Virus record (IMG/VR): IMGVR_UViG_3300025875_000071
Coordinates: 1-35,196 of that record
DNA from: a virus
Lineage: Duplodnaviria; Caudoviricetes
Length of the DNA stretch: 35,196 nucleotides
Reading direction: 5' to 3' (one strand)
The notes under the pieces were generated by a model. The model worked only from the letters and a program-made list of their open reading frames with translations. It was not told where the DNA came from and made no database searches. Both the position numbers and the translations under genes were made by a program. This document shows positions 8,038 through 17,451 of the stretch, in pieces (positions within the stretch are counted from its first letter, which is position 1; every line of letters starts with the position of its first letter).

Positions 8038-8343
8038 GTGAGCATCAGCATCAAGTCGAGCGAGACCCCGGACGTGACCGACGTCGTCGAGCTGTTCGAG
8101 CTGGACGACAAGAAGTACTTCATCCCGGCTGTGCCGCGACTGAACATCAGCCTGAAGTACCTCCGGCTCGCGCGCAAGGAAGGGCAGGCGGCGGCGATCG
8201 CGTACCTGCTCGAAGCACTGCTCGGCGAGGACGGCTTCGAGGCGCTGACCGATTACGACAAGCTCACGAAGGAGCAGTTTCAGGCAGTCGTGAAGGCCGC
8301 GCAGAAGGTGGCGCTCGGCACGCTGGAGCCTTCCAAAAGCTGA
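8038..8343 (+). CDS. Tail assembly chaperone (G)
   Basis: GAAGGG RBS, 101 aa, located between major tail and tape measure; motifs LFELDDKKYFIP and LEALLGEDGFEAL. Confidence 0.85.
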   Translation: MSISIKSSETPDVTDVVELFELDDKKYFIPAVPRLNISLKYLRLARKEGQAAAIAYLLEALLGEDGFEALTDYDKLTKEQFQAVVKAAQKVALGTLEPSKS

Positions 8344-8614
8344 CACCGCGCGGCTGAAAGAAGTCGCATGGATCGTCGATCATCTCGACGATGTCGAGTC
8401 TGACCTGTCAGTGTTCCACCGGATCGACAACATGTACGAGATGCAGCCGGTGAAGTTCTTCCGGTTCGCGCTCCGCCTCCCCGCTTACCGGGGAATCGTG
8501 CGAGCAAGGATCGAGAACGATCAGGCGAAGAAGGCGAAGAAGCACAAGGGACAGCAGGTGCGAACGAGCACCTACAACGACCCGTCAGTCTCGCAGTACT
8601 TCGAGGAAGGCTAA
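8336..8614 (+). CDS. Tail assembly chaperone extension (T), reached by frameshift from 8038
   Basis: The +1 frame is open from 8294 to 8614 and reads KADTARLKEVAWIVDHLDDVESDLSVFHRID...FFRFALRLPAYRG. It has no RBS-linked start of its own. Confidence 0.75.
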   Translation, partial: KADTARLKEVAWIVDHLDDVESDLSVFHRIDNMYEMQPVKFFRFALRLPAYRGIVRARIENDQAKKAKKHKGQQVRTSTYNDPSVSQYFEEG

Positions 8615-8620
8615 CCCGCC

Positions 8621-10831
8621 GTGGCGTTCAGGATCGGTGAAGCGTTCGTCGAAGCGACGGTCGAAGACAACACGTCCGGCGACATCGACGGCATCGGGTC
8701 GAAGCTGACGAAGTGGGCTGCCGGTCTCGGTCTCGGCGCGCTGATCGGTAAGTCGATCAGCGACGGAATGGACATCGAGACCGGCGTCGCGAACATCAGG
8801 AATCAGCTCGGTTTGACCGCCGAAGACGCGAAGACGTACGGCAACATGGCGGGCACCGTCTACCGTGGCAACTTCGGCGACTCACTCGAAGAGGTCAACG
8901 GCGTGATCGGCACCGTCGGCGAAGCGATGGGCGGTCTCGGCGCTGTCAGCAACAGCGAGATCGAGCGCATGACCGGCAACGTCCTGACAATGGCGAAGAC
9001 GTTCGACGTCGACGCGGCGATGTCCGTCGCCGCGCTCGACGCCGCCGTCTCGCAGGGACTGTCGCCGTCGCTCGAAGCCGCGACCGACGTCGCGACCCGC
9101 GTCTTTCAGGAGGGCGGGCCGAAGGCAAACGAGTTCTTGGAGATCATCAACGAGTACGCGCCGAACCTCGCGAACGCCGGTCTCTCGATGGAAGAGTTCG
9201 GCGCGATGTCGGTTCAGTATCTCGACGCGGGCGGGTACTCGATCGACCAGTTCGCCGACTCGATCCGAGAGATGACGATCCGCGTCGCCGACGGTTCCGC
9301 CGCGTCGGCTGGCGCGTTCGACTCGATCGGTCTCAACGCCGAAGAGATGACCGCCAAAATGGCGCAGGGCGGACCCGCTGCGCAGGATGCGTTCTCGCAG
9401 ATCGTCGCCGGGCTGAACGGCATCACGGACCCGGTCGCGCAGAACACGGCGGGTGCGGCGCTGTTCGGCTCGATGTGGGAAGACTCGTCCGGTGCGATCC
9501 TCGCCGGTCTCGCGCCCGTCCCCGGTTCGCTCGGCGAGGTCACCGGCGCGACGCAGACGATGTCGGACGTCGCGGGCGACACTGCCGCGTCGAAGGTCGA
9601 GTCGATGACGCGGTCGCTCGAAGGCATGGTCGCGGGCGCTGCCAACCTGCCCGGTCCGCTCGGCATGGTCGGCGCTGCTGTCGCGTCGATGGGCATCGAC
9701 ACGATCGCGGCGACGGCAGGCTCGGTCGCGATGGTCGCGCAGTTCGCGATTCAGAACGCGAGCGTCGTCGCGAACGGCGCAGCGTGGGTCGGGCGGAACA
9801 TCGCGCTCGCCGCCGGGTCGGTCGTCTCCGGCGCGGCGACCGCTGCGCAGTGGGCGCTGAACGCGGCGATGTCGGCGAACCCGATCGCGCTCGTCGTGAT
9901 CGCAATCGCGGCACTCGTCGCCGGTCTCGTGTGGTTCTTCACGCAGACGGAGATCGGTCGACAGATCATCGAAGCTGTGTGGGGCGCGATCAAGGTCGCG
10001 ATCGGCGCAACGGTCGATTGGATCACGAACACGGCGGTACCGGCAATCGTCGGCGCGTGGAACTGGATCGTCGATCGCGTCACGTGGGCAAAGAACATGA
10101 TCGTCGCTGTGTGGTCCGCGATCACTTCATGGATCGCGAACGCGGTCTCGTCGATCTACAACACGGTGACTTCGTGGATCGGGAACGTCGTCGGGTGGCT
10201 GTCGAACACGTGGAACAACGCGCGCAACATCGCGTCGTCTGTGTGGAATGGCATTGTCGGCGCGATCTCCGGCGCGATCTCGAACGTCGTCAACATCGTG
10301 CGGAACCTCCCCGGTCAGATTCTCGGCGTGTTCTCGAACGCCGGGTCGCTGCTGTGGAATGTCGGCGGTGACCTGATCCGTGGTCTGTGGAATGGCATCA
10401 GCAACGTGACCGGCTGGATTCTCGGCAAGATTCGCGGGTTCGTCGGATCGGTCACGAGCGGCATCAAGTCGTTCTTCGGGATCGGCTCGCCGTCGAAGCT
10501 GTTCGCGGACGAGGTCGGTCACTGGCTGCCCGCCGGTATCGCGGAAGGCATCGACGGCAACCTGTCCGCCGTCACCGACGCTGCCGAAGGAATGGTCGAC
10601 GCGGCGATGCCGTCCATGCCGAGCGGCATCATCGACGGCGACTCGCTGCCCGGCGAGTTCGGCGGTGCCGCCGGTCTCGTCTCGTCCGCCGGTTCGACGC
10701 ACACCGTGTCGATCGGTAACCTGACGCTTCAGGTCGAAGGCAACTTCGACTTCTCGAACCCGGTCGAGTGGAACCGGTTCATCGAAGCTGTGCGCGCCGG
10801 TCTCGTCCGCGTCGAGAGGGAGTACGCCTAA
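8621..10831 (+). CDS. Tape measure protein
   Basis: 736 aa, Ala/Gly-rich, with ANPIALVVIAIAALVAGLVWFFTQTE, periodic Trp repeats and FGIGSPSKLF. Confidence 0.95.
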   Translation: MAFRIGEAFVEATVEDNTSGDIDGIGSKLTKWAAGLGLGALIGKSISDGMDIETGVANIRNQLGLTAEDAKTYGNMAGTVYRGNFGDSLEEVNGVIGTVGEAMGGLGAVSNSEIERMTGNVLTMAKTFDVDAAMSVAALDAAVSQGLSPSLEAATDVATRVFQEGGPKANEFLEIINEYAPNLANAGLSMEEFGAMSVQYLDAGGYSIDQFADSIREMTIRVADGSAASAGAFDSIGLNAEEMTAKMAQGGPAAQDAFSQIVAGLNGITDPVAQNTAGAALFGSMWEDSSGAILAGLAPVPGSLGEVTGATQTMSDVAGDTAASKVESMTRSLEGMVAGAANLPGPLGMVGAAVASMGIDTIAATAGSVAMVAQFAIQNASVVANGAAWVGRNIALAAGSVVSGAATAAQWALNAAMSANPIALVVIAIAALVAGLVWFFTQTEIGRQIIEAVWGAIKVAIGATVDWITNTAVPAIVGAWNWIVDRVTWAKNMIVAVWSAITSWIANAVSSIYNTVTSWIGNVVGWLSNTWNNARNIASSVWNGIVGAISGAISNVVNIVRNLPGQILGVFSNAGSLLWNVGGDLIRGLWNGISNVTGWILGKIRGFVGSVTSGIKSFFGIGSPSKLFADEVGHWLPAGIAEGIDGNLSAVTDAAEGMVDAAMPSMPSGIIDGDSLPGEFGGAAGLVSSAGSTHTVSIGNLTLQVEGNFDFSNPVEWNRFIEAVRAGLVRVEREYA

Positions 10832-11997
10832 TGTCCTGGGGAACTGTGACGATCGGCGGTGTCGCCTTCCGAGAGACGTTCGACATCAGCGAAGACGGCG
10901 CGACGCTGACGCTCGAAGGTCAGGAAGCGACGCCGCCGCTCGAACGCGGCGAGGTTCTTCAGCTTCACGCGAACGTGATCGGTCTCGAAGGCCGCGTCGT
11001 GCCGATCCTGTTCACGGACAAGCCGGAGCGGAACGGCTTCTACCTGATCGACAGCGCGTCGAGCGACCTGTTCGACTGGATCGGTTACGTCGTTACGGCG
11101 ACGTGGCAGATCAAGGCGACGCGCATCGGGGCGGGTGCCGACGTCGAGTTCGAGTCGCGCGTTCCCACGATCGCGCGCTCGACGGAACTCGCCGGGGTCG
11201 CGCCGTCGTACTGGCACGCCGCGCCGGTCGGCGTCTCGTCGTACTACACGGGCAGCAGCGTGCCGAACTACTTCACCCGCGCGTCGGCTGACGGTGCCGT
11301 CCCCGTCTTCACCGGGCTGCCCGTCAACATGCCGCCGCGCTGGACGGTCGCCGCTGCCGACTTCCTGAAGGGCGCGGCGACGCTCCGGCTCGACGGTCGT
11401 GTCGCGCTCGGCGAGCAGACGCCGACCGGCTTCAGCGCGTGGGAGATCGAGAACGGCATCATCAACGTGTCGAAGTCGGACACGCCCGGAGCGATCGACG
11501 TCGAGCGATGGGACGGCGCAGCGTGGGTCAGCCTGAAGACGTACCGGTTCACCGTCAACGGTTCCGCGCTCGCGACGCAGCCGGAGTTCACCGTACTGCG
11601 CAACGACCCGGAAGAGATCACGGTCCGGCTCACCTTCCCCGGCGTGCCGGGGCGGACGCAGGTCGACATCGGGCTGCGACGCGGCGCGCGCTTCGCGACG
11701 CTGTTCGTGTCCCGCCACGCCGCCGCGACGCTCGGCGTCACGCGCACAACCGCTGAAGGTAGCACGGCGGCGACCGGCGGCATCCGGGCGACGGCGGCAG
11801 ACGCGCAGGGTGGTACGTTCGTCCTGGGCAGCTCGAAGACGGTCACGACGACCACGGCGACGGGCAGCATCGCGAAGGCAGCGCAGACGCGGCTCGACGC
11901 CTTCGTCGGGTTCACCGGTGCCGAGAGCGACTTCGCGGCGCTCGTCTCGCAGTACATCGGCACGAACGGCGACAGAACGCGGGTGGTACAGCGGTGA
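10831..11997 (+). CDS. Minor tail protein (distal tail/baseplate hub position)
   Basis: TAATG coupling with the tape measure gene, 388 aa, synteny. Confidence 0.8.
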   Translation: MSWGTVTIGGVAFRETFDISEDGATLTLEGQEATPPLERGEVLQLHANVIGLEGRVVPILFTDKPERNGFYLIDSASSDLFDWIGYVVTATWQIKATRIGAGADVEFESRVPTIARSTELAGVAPSYWHAAPVGVSSYYTGSSVPNYFTRASADGAVPVFTGLPVNMPPRWTVAAADFLKGAATLRLDGRVALGEQTPTGFSAWEIENGIINVSKSDTPGAIDVERWDGAAWVSLKTYRFTVNGSALATQPEFTVLRNDPEEITVRLTFPGVPGRTQVDIGLRRGARFATLFVSRHAAATLGVTRTTAEGSTAATGGIRATAADAQGGTFVLGSSKTVTTTTATGSIAKAAQTRLDAFVGFTGAESDFAALVSQYIGTNGDRTRVVQR

Positions 11998-14900
11998 TTA
12001 AGGATCTTCTCGGCGCGCTCGGATCGTGGGACGTCCGTCTTCGCGAGGGCACGCCCGCCGAGATCGTCGACGCGCTCGACTACTTCGGACACGTCGCCGT
12101 CGTGCGCGGTCCGGTCGACGTGCAGTCGCTCGGCGACGCGATCCTGCCCGCTGCCCGGTACGTCGGCATCCTGCGCGAGCGCGGGCGTGAGGCAGCGCCG
12201 ACGATCGGCGGCGTCGGCATGGCGGCGTGGGCCGGTGACGAAGACGAGAAGGGTCACGTCTTCGAGACGCCCGTCGTCATCACGAACAAGAACTTCGCCG
12301 ACTCGATCGCGGCTGTGCTGCCGCCGTCCGTGCAGGTCGGGTTCATCGGCGCTGTCGCTGGCACGTACACCGGCACGCATCAGTTCGAGACGCCGCGCAC
12401 CGCGCTGAACACGATCACGAGCGCCTTCGGTGCAGAATGGTACGTCGGCGGCGACGGCAAGCTGTACGCCGGGACGACCGCGCAGTTGTACGACGTCACG
12501 CCGAACGCTGTCGTCGTGCGCCGGAACGCGGGCGTCGATCTCGACCTGACCGCGCTCGGCGGTAAGTTCGACGTCGGTACCGACGTGGTCGACTACAGCA
12601 CGCGCGTGCTGCTGCTCGGTCAGACGACGGAGCAGGGCACGTTCGCCACGGGCAGCGCCGACGCGCCCGACGTCCCGTTCTACGACCTGTTCGGGAACAA
12701 GGTCAAGCGCACGCGCATGATCAGCGAGTCGGGCACCACGACCGGCAGTGTCGAAGCGCGCGCCGCGCTGAACCTGAACCGCTTCAACCGCACGCGCAAG
12801 GCGCTGAAGGTGACGGCGGAGAAGTACGAGACCGAAGGCAACTTCAAGGTCGGCGACTTCGCGTACGTGTACGACCCGGAAACGGGCATCTTCGACACGT
12901 CGCGCGAGATCGTGTTCCGTGGCGAGGTTCTGCACCCGGACGTCGTGCGCGTGTCGGGCATCAGCTACCCGATCAGCGAGGGTCACACCGTCGCGTTCCG
13001 GCGCGGCAACGGGCAGTGGATCGACCTCACGCGGTGGGTCGTGTGGGAGACGGGGACGAACGAGGTCACCGTCGGCGACCTGCCGAAGTCGCTCACCGGC
13101 GGCGGCTCGAACCCGGTCCGCGACCGCGCCGACGCCGCGCAGGTCGACCGCGTCTCGCCCGCCATGCCGACCGGCGTCAGCGTCGACACCGTCGTGTCGA
13201 GCAACGACCGGGGCGGCATTACGGCACAGGCGCTCGTGAGCTGGCAGCCGGTCACGTCGAACGAAGACGGCTCGGCGCTGACCGACCTCTCGAACTACAT
13301 CGTCGCGTACAAGCTGACGACCGCGACGCAGTGGTCGTTCGCCTACACCTTCGACCCGACGACGCGCTTCGCCGTCCTCCCCGGTCGGAACTACGACTAC
13401 CGCATCGCGGCGCAGGACATCAACGGCAACACGTCGGATTACTCGCCGACGCTCACGAACCTGTCGCGCGCTGACGACGTGCCGCCGAACGCGCCGAGCG
13501 ACCCCGTCGTGTCGTCGTACCTGGGGCAGCTCCGTATCGCGTGGGACGGCAAGGACGCGAACGGCGCAGCGATGCCCGCCGACTTCAACCGGACCGACGT
13601 CCACGTCGGCACGACGGAAGGCTTCACGCCGAGCGCCGCGACGCTCGTCTCGTCCCTCGTCGCCGCCGGGGTCGCCTACGCGACTGCGCCCTACGCCGCC
13701 GCCCGGTACGTCAAGCTCGTGCCCTACGACAACAGCGGCAACGCGGGGCAGCCGTCGGGTTCCGTCACAGGAGCAACGGCACAGGTCGGCGACGGCGACA
13801 TCGCGTCGATGTCGGTCGGCAAGCTCACCGCCGGGACGATCTTCGCCGACATCGTCAACGCCGGTCGGTTCGCGACGGCGCTCACTGGCGCACGGAGCGA
13901 GTTCAACGCGAGCGGCTTCTACCGCTTCGACGCGAACAACGTCGCACTCTTCGCCGCCGACGCGAACGGCATCCTCGTGACGGGCCGGTACCGGTCCGCG
14001 CTGTCCGGTCGCCGCGTCGAGATGGGCGCGTCGGGTCGGCTCGGTCGGATCGACTTCTTCGCGCCCGACGGCTCGAACGGTTTCGTGCAGGCGTACACCG
14101 AAGGCAACAACAGCACCGAAGCGATTCAGATCGGGATGCAGGTTCCCGGCGACACTAACTCGCTGTGGAACCGGCTCAACTTCAACAAGAGCACAAACGG
14201 CGAGTACTGCACGTTCAAGTCGGGAACACTCGAACTGTCCTTCGACGGTGGCGCGACGCAGAAGGGTTTCGACGGCACGCCCGGTGCCGGTCGCTTCGTC
14301 ATCTATCAGGCAGACGATCGGGGCACCGGCGCTTCTCGTATGCGCCTTCAGATCGACACGAAGGGTCTCGACTACAACGACGAGATCAGTCAGGACACGT
14401 TCAATCTCACGCGCGATTGGATGACGCTCCGGGGCACGCCGCAGGGCACCACGCCCCGTTTCGACTTCCGCCGTTCCGACGGCTACATGATTCACGGCAC
14501 GAGTTACAACGGCGTGTATCAGGAGTACATGCCGAACGGTCACGTGAAGTTCTTCACCGATAACGGGTGGGCGGAGATTCTTCCGCTCGGCGGCGGTTCG
14601 AGCGTCGGGTTCAAGTTCTTCAACCCTGCCGGTTACGGCGGTCTGCTGAAGTTCTTCACGGCGGGCGGCAACGACGCGCAGCGCATCGAAGCGCGGTGGG
14701 CGGGCGACGACGGCTTTTACGCGCTGTGGGCGCAGGCGTTCGTCGTGAACAGCGATGCGGCAGGCAAGGACGACATCGAGACCGTCACGCGCTCGCTGCT
14801 CGCCGACGTGCGCGGTACGCGGGTGACGTCGTACAAGCGCAAGGATCGGAAGATCAAGCGCCGGTACAAGAACGACGGCGTGACGAAGCTCGCCGACGAT

Positions 14901-15083
14901 GTCGTCGACCCCGACGTCGAGATCGGCATCGTCGCGCAGGAAGCGCCCGCGCAGATCATGGCGGGCGCGGCGTCCGATGGGTCGCTCGCCGTCGACGTGT
15001 ATCAGATGTGTGCGACACTGTGGGGCGCAGTGCAGGAACTCGACGCCGAGATCGAGTCGCTGAAGAAGGGGAAGAAGAAGTGA
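11994..15083 (+). CDS. Tail tip / central fibre with FN3-like domains and a C-terminal peptidase S74 intramolecular chaperone
   Basis: 1029 aa. FN3-like segments (PAMPTGVSV...VSWQPV...YDYRIAAQD; PPNAPSDP...IAWDG). C-terminus SDAAGKDDI...IGIVAQE...LWGAVQEL. Confidence 0.85.
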   Translation: MIKDLLGALGSWDVRLREGTPAEIVDALDYFGHVAVVRGPVDVQSLGDAILPAARYVGILRERGREAAPTIGGVGMAAWAGDEDEKGHVFETPVVITNKNFADSIAAVLPPSVQVGFIGAVAGTYTGTHQFETPRTALNTITSAFGAEWYVGGDGKLYAGTTAQLYDVTPNAVVVRRNAGVDLDLTALGGKFDVGTDVVDYSTRVLLLGQTTEQGTFATGSADAPDVPFYDLFGNKVKRTRMISESGTTTGSVEARAALNLNRFNRTRKALKVTAEKYETEGNFKVGDFAYVYDPETGIFDTSREIVFRGEVLHPDVVRVSGISYPISEGHTVAFRRGNGQWIDLTRWVVWETGTNEVTVGDLPKSLTGGGSNPVRDRADAAQVDRVSPAMPTGVSVDTVVSSNDRGGITAQALVSWQPVTSNEDGSALTDLSNYIVAYKLTTATQWSFAYTFDPTTRFAVLPGRNYDYRIAAQDINGNTSDYSPTLTNLSRADDVPPNAPSDPVVSSYLGQLRIAWDGKDANGAAMPADFNRTDVHVGTTEGFTPSAATLVSSLVAAGVAYATAPYAAARYVKLVPYDNSGNAGQPSGSVTGATAQVGDGDIASMSVGKLTAGTIFADIVNAGRFATALTGARSEFNASGFYRFDANNVALFAADANGILVTGRYRSALSGRRVEMGASGRLGRIDFFAPDGSNGFVQAYTEGNNSTEAIQIGMQVPGDTNSLWNRLNFNKSTNGEYCTFKSGTLELSFDGGATQKGFDGTPGAGRFVIYQADDRGTGASRMRLQIDTKGLDYNDEISQDTFNLTRDWMTLRGTPQGTTPRFDFRRSDGYMIHGTSYNGVYQEYMPNGHVKFFTDNGWAEILPLGGGSSVGFKFFNPAGYGGLLKFFTAGGNDAQRIEARWAGDDGFYALWAQAFVVNSDAAGKDDIETVTRSLLADVRGTRVTSYKRKDRKIKRRYKNDGVTKLADDVVDPDVEIGIVAQEAPAQIMAGAASDGSLAVDVYQMCATLWGAVQELDAEIESLKKGKKK

Positions 15084-15304
15084 GTCTTCGTACCGACGGA
15101 ACGTACCGCTGCGACAGGTGCGGCGACGACATCGGCAACGCCGGGGTCGACGTCGCGGCCACGGTGAGTGACCTCGTCCACGACGAGCACAACCACCCGA
15201 TACCGGGTAGGGTGCGGGTTCTGCACCTGTGCCGGAAGAACGGATGCGTGACGCGCGTTCTCACGAAGCGCGCGCTCGCCAACCTGAAGGAGATCGAGCA
15301 GTGA
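15080..15304 (+). CDS. Small Cys-rich hypothetical protein
   Basis: GTGA overlap with the tail gene; motifs CDRC and HLCRKNGC; 74 aa. Confidence 0.7.
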   Translation: MSLRTDGTYRCDRCGDDIGNAGVDVAATVSDLVHDEHNHPIPGRVRVLHLCRKNGCVTRVLTKRALANLKEIEQ

Positions 15305-15534
15305 GCGCACCCATCCCGCCCCGTCAGGTCGACGTCGAGAAGGTCGGCGAGCTGCTGTCGCAGCGGATCGGCGACCTGACGCATCAGAACGCCGTGCAGG
15401 CGGTGATGATGCAGTCGCTCGCCGACGAGAACGCCGCGCTGCGCACCCGGCTGGACGAGCTGACCCCGAAGGACGTCGAGCCGTCCGACGAGGGTCCGGG
15501 CGACAGTGAGGCAGTGACCGGCGACACGGAGTAA
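15301..15534 (+). CDS. Small coiled-coil hypothetical protein
   Basis: AAGGAG RBS, GTGA overlap, heptad-like SLADENAALRTRLDEL. Confidence 0.7.
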   Translation: MSAPIPPRQVDVEKVGELLSQRIGDLTHQNAVQAVMMQSLADENAALRTRLDELTPKDVEPSDEGPGDSEAVTGDTE

Positions 15535-15580
15535 GGTCGTTAGCACGGGGAATGGTCGCCTACGGAATGGGTAATGCACA

Positions 15581-15955
15581 ATGGAAGCCTTTCTTACGGG
15601 CATCTCGCTGAAGGACATCGGAACTGCTACGCTGGTCGTTATCGCAGTTCTGATGTTCTACTTCGGGAAGATCGTTCCCCGTGCGACGGTCGACTCGATC
15701 ATCGCGCAGTACACGGTTCGGCTCGAAGAAGCTCGACAGGATCGCGACTCGCGACTTGCTGAAGCAAGGCAGGAAGTCAACGACTGGAAAGCGGCGCATG
15801 AGACTAGCGAGCACGCCCGCGAACTTCTCGCACATCAGGTTCGCGAGTTGGCAGAACTGGGTCGGACGGTTGACCACGTCATGCGCTCGCTTCAGGCGGC
15901 GACGGGGATCGGTGCCGGAGCGGAGGCCGGAAGAGATGCGCCGTCGCAGCACTGA
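15581..15955 (+). CDS. Membrane protein of lysis cassette (1 TM plus coiled coil)
   Basis: Hydrophobic TATLVVIAVLMFYFG followed by KIVPR and a charged helix; upstream of the endolysin. Confidence 0.75.
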   Translation: MEAFLTGISLKDIGTATLVVIAVLMFYFGKIVPRATVDSIIAQYTVRLEEARQDRDSRLAEARQEVNDWKAAHETSEHARELLAHQVRELAELGRTVDHVMRSLQAATGIGAGAEAGRDAPSQH

Positions 15956-16187
15956 CCGTGACGTGAGTCACATCGTCCCGCCGGTTCCGTCTGTGACGAA
16001 TCCGTCCGGTACAGTGGACCCGGCGGGCGCGAAGCGTGCCCGTGCGGCGGCAAGCGCACACCTTGTCGACGCGATCGAACAGGGCGTCGTGGTGCGATCC
16101 GTCTCGGCGTCCCTTCGAGAGTTGCGCGAGGCAAACCACTTCGCCGAACTGCTCGAAGAGTCGATGCTTAGGAGACACCGCCCGTGA
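15936..16187 (+). CDS. Hypothetical lysis-cassette protein
   Basis: GGAGG RBS at 15922 and ATG at 15936. C-terminal LRELREANHFAE motif of a type I recall near actinophage holins. Confidence 0.65.
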   Translation: MRRRSTDRDVSHIVPPVPSVTNPSGTVDPAGAKRARAAASAHLVDAIEQGVVVRSVSASLRELREANHFAELLEESMLRRHRP

Positions 16188-16531
16188 CGTTTGAGCTTCA
16201 GCCGTTCGAGTGGGTCGACGTGCTGATCTACGCCGCGACCCTGCCCGCCGTCGTGTTCCCCGTCCTGTACGCCTCTCGCTCGAACTGGCGCGCCACGCTG
16301 CCCGGTCGCGCACTCATGCAGTTGTCGATCGCGCTCGCCGTCGTGCTCGTGCTCGTCTCGCTCGCGACGCTGTTCGGCAACTTCTACCCGTACCGCGAAG
16401 CCGTGCGTTTCGCCGCGTACCTCTTCCTTGTCGTCAGTCTGTGGCGACAGGTTATCACGCTGCTGCGCCTTCAGAACGTGCAGCAGGGTGAGATCAGGCG
16501 AGAGCGCGCCCGCGTTCTCGACAACCGCTGA
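16184..16531 (+). CDS. Putative holin (3 TM)
   Basis: AGGAG RBS, GTGA overlap, three hydrophobic segments, basic C-terminus, immediately before the endolysin. Confidence 0.7.
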   Translation: MTFELQPFEWVDVLIYAATLPAVVFPVLYASRSNWRATLPGRALMQLSIALAVVLVLVSLATLFGNFYPYREAVRFAAYLFLVVSLWRQVITLLRLQNVQQGEIRRERARVLDNR

Positions 16532-16542
16532 AGGGAACTGTC

Positions 16543-17451
16543 GTGCCGAACATCATCCCCGGCGCTGACTTCCGACCGATCAACGTCGGTCGCCGGTCCG
16601 CCCGTCGCAAGGGTCGCGCGTTCGTGGCGCACATCGCCGTGTCGAACGCCGCGATCCTGACGCCGCCGTCGCCGAACAACCCGGACGGTCGGTCCGCCGA
16701 CTGGCACGGGTACTTCCCGAAGGCGGGCGGCTTCGTGCAGTTCATCGACGCCGACCTGACGTCGTGGGCGACGCGGGACGGCAACGGCTCGTGCTTCGCC
16801 ACGGAGGCGCAGGGCGGCGTCGGCGACGACGTGAACGGTCCGTACACCGACCCGCAGGTCGAGTCGCACGCGCACGTGCTCGCGTACCTGAACGAGAGCG
16901 AGGGCATCCCGCTCGACCTGATGCCCGACTCGCGCCCGACGTCGCGGGGCATGGGGTACCACCGGCTCGGCGTCGACCCGTGGCGCGTCTCCGGCGGCGA
17001 GCTGTGGTCGTCGGCGCGCGGGAAGGTCTGCCCCGGTCCGACGCGGATCGGGCAGATTCCGATCATCGTCAGCCGGGCGCGCGAGCTGCGCCACGGGTCC
17101 GCCGGTTCGATGCCGGTCGCTCCGCCCGCTGTGACGCCCGCTCCGGCTGCCGTGCCGCGTCCGCCGGTGATGGGGTGGCCCTTCCGCTCGCTCGACTACG
17201 TGGGCGACCTGAACGGGCCGAACGAGTCGCACGGCGGGTACTACGCGAGCGAGCGCCCGTTCATCAAGAACGTGCAGCAGTGGCTGATCTACCGGGGCGC
17301 GACGTCCGTCCACCCGTCCCGGTGGGCGGTCAGCACGTGGGCCGACGGGAAGTTCGAGCGCGAGTCGATCGCCGCCGCCGAGAAGTTCTTCGCCGGGGAC
17401 AAGAACCCGGGGCGCATCTACAGCGACGACTACGCGCAGCTCGTCCGATGA
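16543..17451 (+). CDS. Endolysin (N-acetylmuramoyl-L-alanine amidase-like domain, Pro-rich linker, C-terminal cell-wall binding domain)
   Basis: Amidase-2-like pattern AHIA...WH...VQFID...SWA..GN...E...GYH...KVCPG, then a PPAVTPAPAAVPRPP linker and a GPNESHGGYYASER domain. Confidence 0.85.
   Translation: MPNIIPGADFRPINVGRRSARRKGRAFVAHIAVSNAAILTPPSPNNPDGRSADWHGYFPKAGGFVQFIDADLTSWATRDGNGSCFATEAQGGVGDDVNGPYTDPQVESHAHVLAYLNESEGIPLDLMPDSRPTSRGMGYHRLGVDPWRVSGGELWSSARGKVCPGPTRIGQIPIIVSRARELRHGSAGSMPVAPPAVTPAPAAVPRPPVMGWPFRSLDYVGDLNGPNESHGGYYASERPFIKNVQQWLIYRGATSVHPSRWAVSTWADGKFERESIAAAEKFFAGDKNPGRIYSDDYAQLVR

Noticed and set aside
8334-8357. Canonical -1 tail chaperone frameshift
   Set aside because: The -1 frame terminates at 8355-8357, and there is no in-frame X-XXY-YYZ heptamer.
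11268-14543. Very long antisense ORFs (also 2102-3988, 25941-27857, 29608-31299, 31466-33469)
   Set aside because: These are shadow frames of high-GC genes. They are Arg/Val-rich, have no motifs or RBS, and lie opposite well-supported genes.
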